Positions 60,401-64,000 of a DNA stretch of 64,000 nt are shown here, piece by piece. Numbering within the stretch: the first letter of the stretch is position 1; each line of letters starts with the position of its first letter. The notes under the pieces were generated by a model, which was not told the origin of the DNA, did no database searches, and was given only the letters and a program-made list of their open reading frames with translations. The position numbers and the translations under genes are program-made. Origin of the DNA: Podarcis filfolensis (lineage: Eukaryota); the NCBI GenBank assembly GCA_964270895.1, contig OZ185450.1. One strand, written 5' to 3'.

Positions 60401-61851
60401 CAGCTGCATATTACTCCAGTAGAGTAGGGTGAAATCTGGGGACATTCCGGGGACGGAATTTGTCCGGGGACAGATCTGCAAATCCGGGGACTGTCCCGGG
60501 GAAACAGAGACCTCTGGTAACCCTACTTTAACCCTTAACCTCTCCATTAGGTTACTGATCTGGATTGGGTTCCCAATGCCTCCAATTTACATAGGGAAAA
60601 AACTTCTTACTGAAGAGAATGAAAGCACCATTGTTTGTCCCAAGGCAAACTGCAGATATGCCCCCTGCACAATGCAGATCAGGCCCACAACAGGGAGTAC
60701 AAGCTTAAAAATAGCCTACCCCACTTTAGAATCCCAAACCACATTAGACTCTTCGCTGCCACCTGCACGGGCAATTTGTGGCCAAAGAGGGCACAAGCTG
60801 CAGGACAGCATCCGTCCCCAATATACACTGCTTTTTAGCAACACATGAGTGAAAAAGGCCACCCCATCAAGGAAGAAAATGCACAAAAACCTCTCCTGGA
60901 CCTATCAGCTTCCATATCACTCACTTGGTGTTTACAGAACTACAGTACAAGTTTTTGTCTCAAAGCTTTGACAGTTAAATAGAGCCAAAAGAAAATAGAA
61001 GTGGAGAGGACCAGAACACATTCTATAATTCCGCAAGCCTTAAGAACTGAAGGCTGTATATCAAATCAAACTCTCAAAGTTCACCTTGTGCTAACATTTG
61101 TACTTTCAGACTTAATGGGTACCACTCATCCCTAACTCCCCCACAATGATCTAATTTTAAAGGAAATTAATGTGACAAAAGGGCACTTATTTCCTTGTCA
61201 ATTCTTTTGCTTGCAAATGTAACTCAACTCTGCTAAATTCCTACTGAAAGCAAGTTCACGTTAAGAGCATTACTTGCTTTAATTGCAAGTTCCCTAAGAA
61301 CGTTCTTTAAATTGTTTAGACCACTTTAGTACATTGCAGCTGGTGCTTGTTAAGCACTTGGTTTCCTATTCACTCAGACCAAGATCCTGACTCTTGTCTT
61401 ACCTGATCAGGGATTTTCATGGCTGTGCAAAATGCTGTAGACACAACATGCAGTCAAGAGAAAAGTTAGGCCTGACTATATTTATGTAAAGATTTATACT
61501 ATCCTAGCATGGCTTAAAGAGCCCTCAAGGGAGCTAACAAAACATAAAATCAATAAGAGATCATTTCCATAAAATTCAGCATATTAAACAGCAACAGCAG
61601 CATCATAAAAAAGCCATAGCTGTCACTGAAATTCACAGGTCTTAAAACACACAGTTAAACATCCAGATCCCATGTATATCAGTGTGACTTTGGCACACTA
61701 ACCTTCTATATTGCACTCATGAGTATCCCCACCTGCACTCCGAATTCCATATGCTTATCACTGTGCACATGCAGGGAACTCCACTCTGTCTGCTACAGCA
61801 TATCTGAGGTCAAAGAGGTGTAACCAAGCGAAGGCCTAAGATGCAAATAAA

Positions 61852-62201
61852 AAGGTAAAGGGACCCCTGACCATTAGGTCCAGTCGTGGCCGACTCTGGG
61901 GTTGTGGTGCTCATCTCACTTTATTGGCCGAGGAAGCCGGCGAACAGCTTCCGGGTCATGTGGCCAGCATGACTAAGCCGCTTCTGGCGAACCAGAGCAG
62001 TGCACGGAAACGCCGTTTACCTTCCCACCAGAGCAGTTCCTATTTATCTACTTGCACTTTGACGTGCTTTCGAACTGTTAGGTTGGCAGGAGCAGGGACC
62101 AAGCAACGGGAGCTCACCCCGTTGCGGGGATTCGAACCGCCAACCTTCTGATCAGCGAGTCCTAGGCTCTGTGGTTTAACCCACAGCGCCACCCATGTCC
62201 C
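61852..62201 (-). mobile_element. Sauria SINE, full length
   Basis: Co-linear with 203-545; B-box GGTTCGAATCC is intact on the minus strand; no clear TSD. Confidence 0.92.
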
Positions 62202-64000
62202 TACCACCTCATTAATTCTCCTCTGCCCCCAGCTTCCTGGGCATCACACCCTCCAAAGGCAGCTCTGCCATACAGAACAATGGAATGACCTGTTTCAGGT
62301 GGCACCATGAGGAGGAGCTAGATGAAGGTAGGGACTGCAGTCTGAATGATACAAAAAGGTGGGGTTTTTTTTTTAAAGTGTTGATCCTAGTTGGGGGACA
62401 GAGGAGAGAGATTTGACATTGGCTTCAGGAAATTGGCTTGGGCCACACCCATTATTTCAGGTCAAGCTCTCGTAGGTAAAATTCCCAGCTGATTTTGCCC
62501 CGTGTTACTTATAAAGAGGTAAAGAGGTGTGTGTGTCTGTGTGTGCATGCACCATTTGGACTTTTGCCTCTCAGGGCCTCAGTCTGTATCATTATGTTCC
62601 TCCTTCCTCAAAGCACTTCACACTAGCACTGTGGGAACCCACAAACTGCATAAGTATTTCCCAACCACATCAACATTAATCCACATACCACATACCTGCC
62701 ACAATTGTCCATTACCAGTATCAAGCCATATCAAGTTCAGATTTATGACCCATCAACAGTGTTGTGATTAGGTGTCATCCCTGTCTTTCTGTTCCTCTGA
62801 TATTGATAGATAATATTCTACGGCAGTGCACTGTCTGCCCTTTCAAAGGTTACAGCCAGTAGATATTCTAAAATCAATATGGATCTTATCTGTCACAAAC
62901 CACAAGAAAAACACAGCAAACAAGATTCACACCACAATGCAGGAAGACTGACCAAACAGAAGCACTCAGCATGGATTTGGGAAATTGCAACTTCGTGCAA
63001 ACATAACAGTTCTGCTCTGCAAGACCAACTAGCTAACCCTTTATTTTCCTTTCTAGCTGAAAGAAGAGAAGTGTATTTTATAGTGGCTAACAAGCTCATG
63101 TCTTTTGAAAACATTAGCAAAATAGGCAGTGTAGGTTCTATCCTAGTATTCATAACCATCGTAGCAACACTTGCAAGGTTAGAGAAGGTGCAGAAGGATA
63201 GCTATAATTATTACTGCTGGCTAGGGGAAGTATCATCTGCATCTTTAGCATTTCCATTTCCAAAAGTTGCTTTTCAGCCCACTTTACCTGAGTAAAGAGG
63301 GAGAAAAAATACGAAGGAAAATGTGTCTTCACACAGCTCCCATTCTCTGCCCAAGTTCCAAGAGATGCTTTTGTCCTACCTGTAAGGATTTCAATATAAA
63401 AACTGTGTCTTTAGTGTTTAAACATAGCAAAGGCAAGAATCATCTGTGGATGTGGCTTTAGCTCAAAAGGTAGACCAGGACTCCCCTGCTGCTAGACCTG
63501 GCTCTCTGTTCCAATAGGAAGGTTGCTGGGGTTGGGGAATCAAAGTGCAGCTGCATAAGTAGGCTAAAGAAGGCCCAATCAAACCCATAACCCATTAAGG
63601 TATAAAACACCAAAAAACAAACAAACAAACAAAAAAGACAGAGGGCACCTGATTTAATACAGGATTGATTTGCTAGCGCATATCAAATTACAGCAGCAGC
63701 ATTGAAAATCACTCACAAACCACTGGCATATGGAAAATAGAGCCTGTTGCAAGCAGTTTCTTTTTTGGCTAGAAAAGCAAATCAATAGCACAAGAGCCAG
63801 TAGGCTGAACTCCAACTTTTATTTTTACACAGGAAAACACACTTGGCACCATGCACACCATCTTTTGGCACTTGCCACTACGTATATCTCAAACTCCGAA
63901 GACATGCTCATATTTTGCGGGGGTGGGATGTGTGATTACACAAACCTCTATGTTAGATTACTGCAATGTCTTATAAGCTGGGCTGCCTTTGAAGACAGTT

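Larger units (their letters stand above)
59058..60525. mobile_element. hAT-Blackjack-like composite non-autonomous element, 1468 bp
   Basis: 13-bp TIR tatggttaccaga / tctggtaacccta (1 mismatch); perfect 8-bp TSD CTTTAACC at 59050-59057 and 60526-60533; subterminal CGGGGAC repeats as in the MER81/Blackjack group. Confidence 0.82.

Noticed and set aside
59614-60848. Cluster of overlapping ORFs, and the possibility of a transposase or CRISPR-like array
   Set aside because: The ORFs arise from GC-rich palindromic repeats and have no DDE or BED motifs. The repeat units alternate in orientation with no unique spacers, and the context is eukaryotic.
42300-64000. Search for CADM1 exon 1 or a nested protein-coding gene in intron 1
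   Set aside because: No signal-peptide exon or non-TE CpG island seen; the GC-rich patches are all TIR/TSD-bounded transposons, and the ORFs are short and unrecognisable.

Overview
Vertebrate genomic DNA, very probably a lacertid lizard, judged from Sauria/Squam-type SINEs and the squamate L2, CR1 and hAT/Tc1 repeat complement. The whole window lies inside one minus-strand gene, CADM1 (SynCAM1/Necl-2/TSLC1). Eight internal coding exons splice in frame through GT-AG sites: exon 2 (42153-42299), 3 (40223-40375), 4 (35566-35703), 5 (33706-33861), 6 (21439-21538), 7 (19782-19954), 8 (13928-13993) and the 33-nt cassette exon 9 (2011-2043). Together they give 966 nt (322 codons) encoding the three Ig domains and the Thr-rich stalk. 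Exon 1 lies beyond the right edge; the 54-nt cassette, transmembrane and cytoplasmic exons were not found and presumably lie beyond the left edge. The rest is intron, rich in transposon relics: two Sauria SINEs, Squam3-like SINEs, L2/CR1/L1 fragments, two Tc1/Tigger-type MITEs and at least seven hAT-type MITEs, six with perfect 8-bp TSDs. Most interesting: (i) a 1.47-kb hAT-Blackjack-like composite element (59058-60525) holding a ~750-bp nested palindrome built from a ~130-bp unit; (ii) a hAT MITE whose core resembles a captured promoter/first exon; (iii) the exon-7 read-through ending YVYGT*, matching the known secreted CADM1 isoform; (iv) a four-fold TGCATG (RBFOX) cluster upstream of the shedding-control exon 9. 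No prokaryote-type system, CRISPR array or genuine RNA gene was found. Comparisons to human CADM1 and to repeat consensuses are from memory and need alignment.
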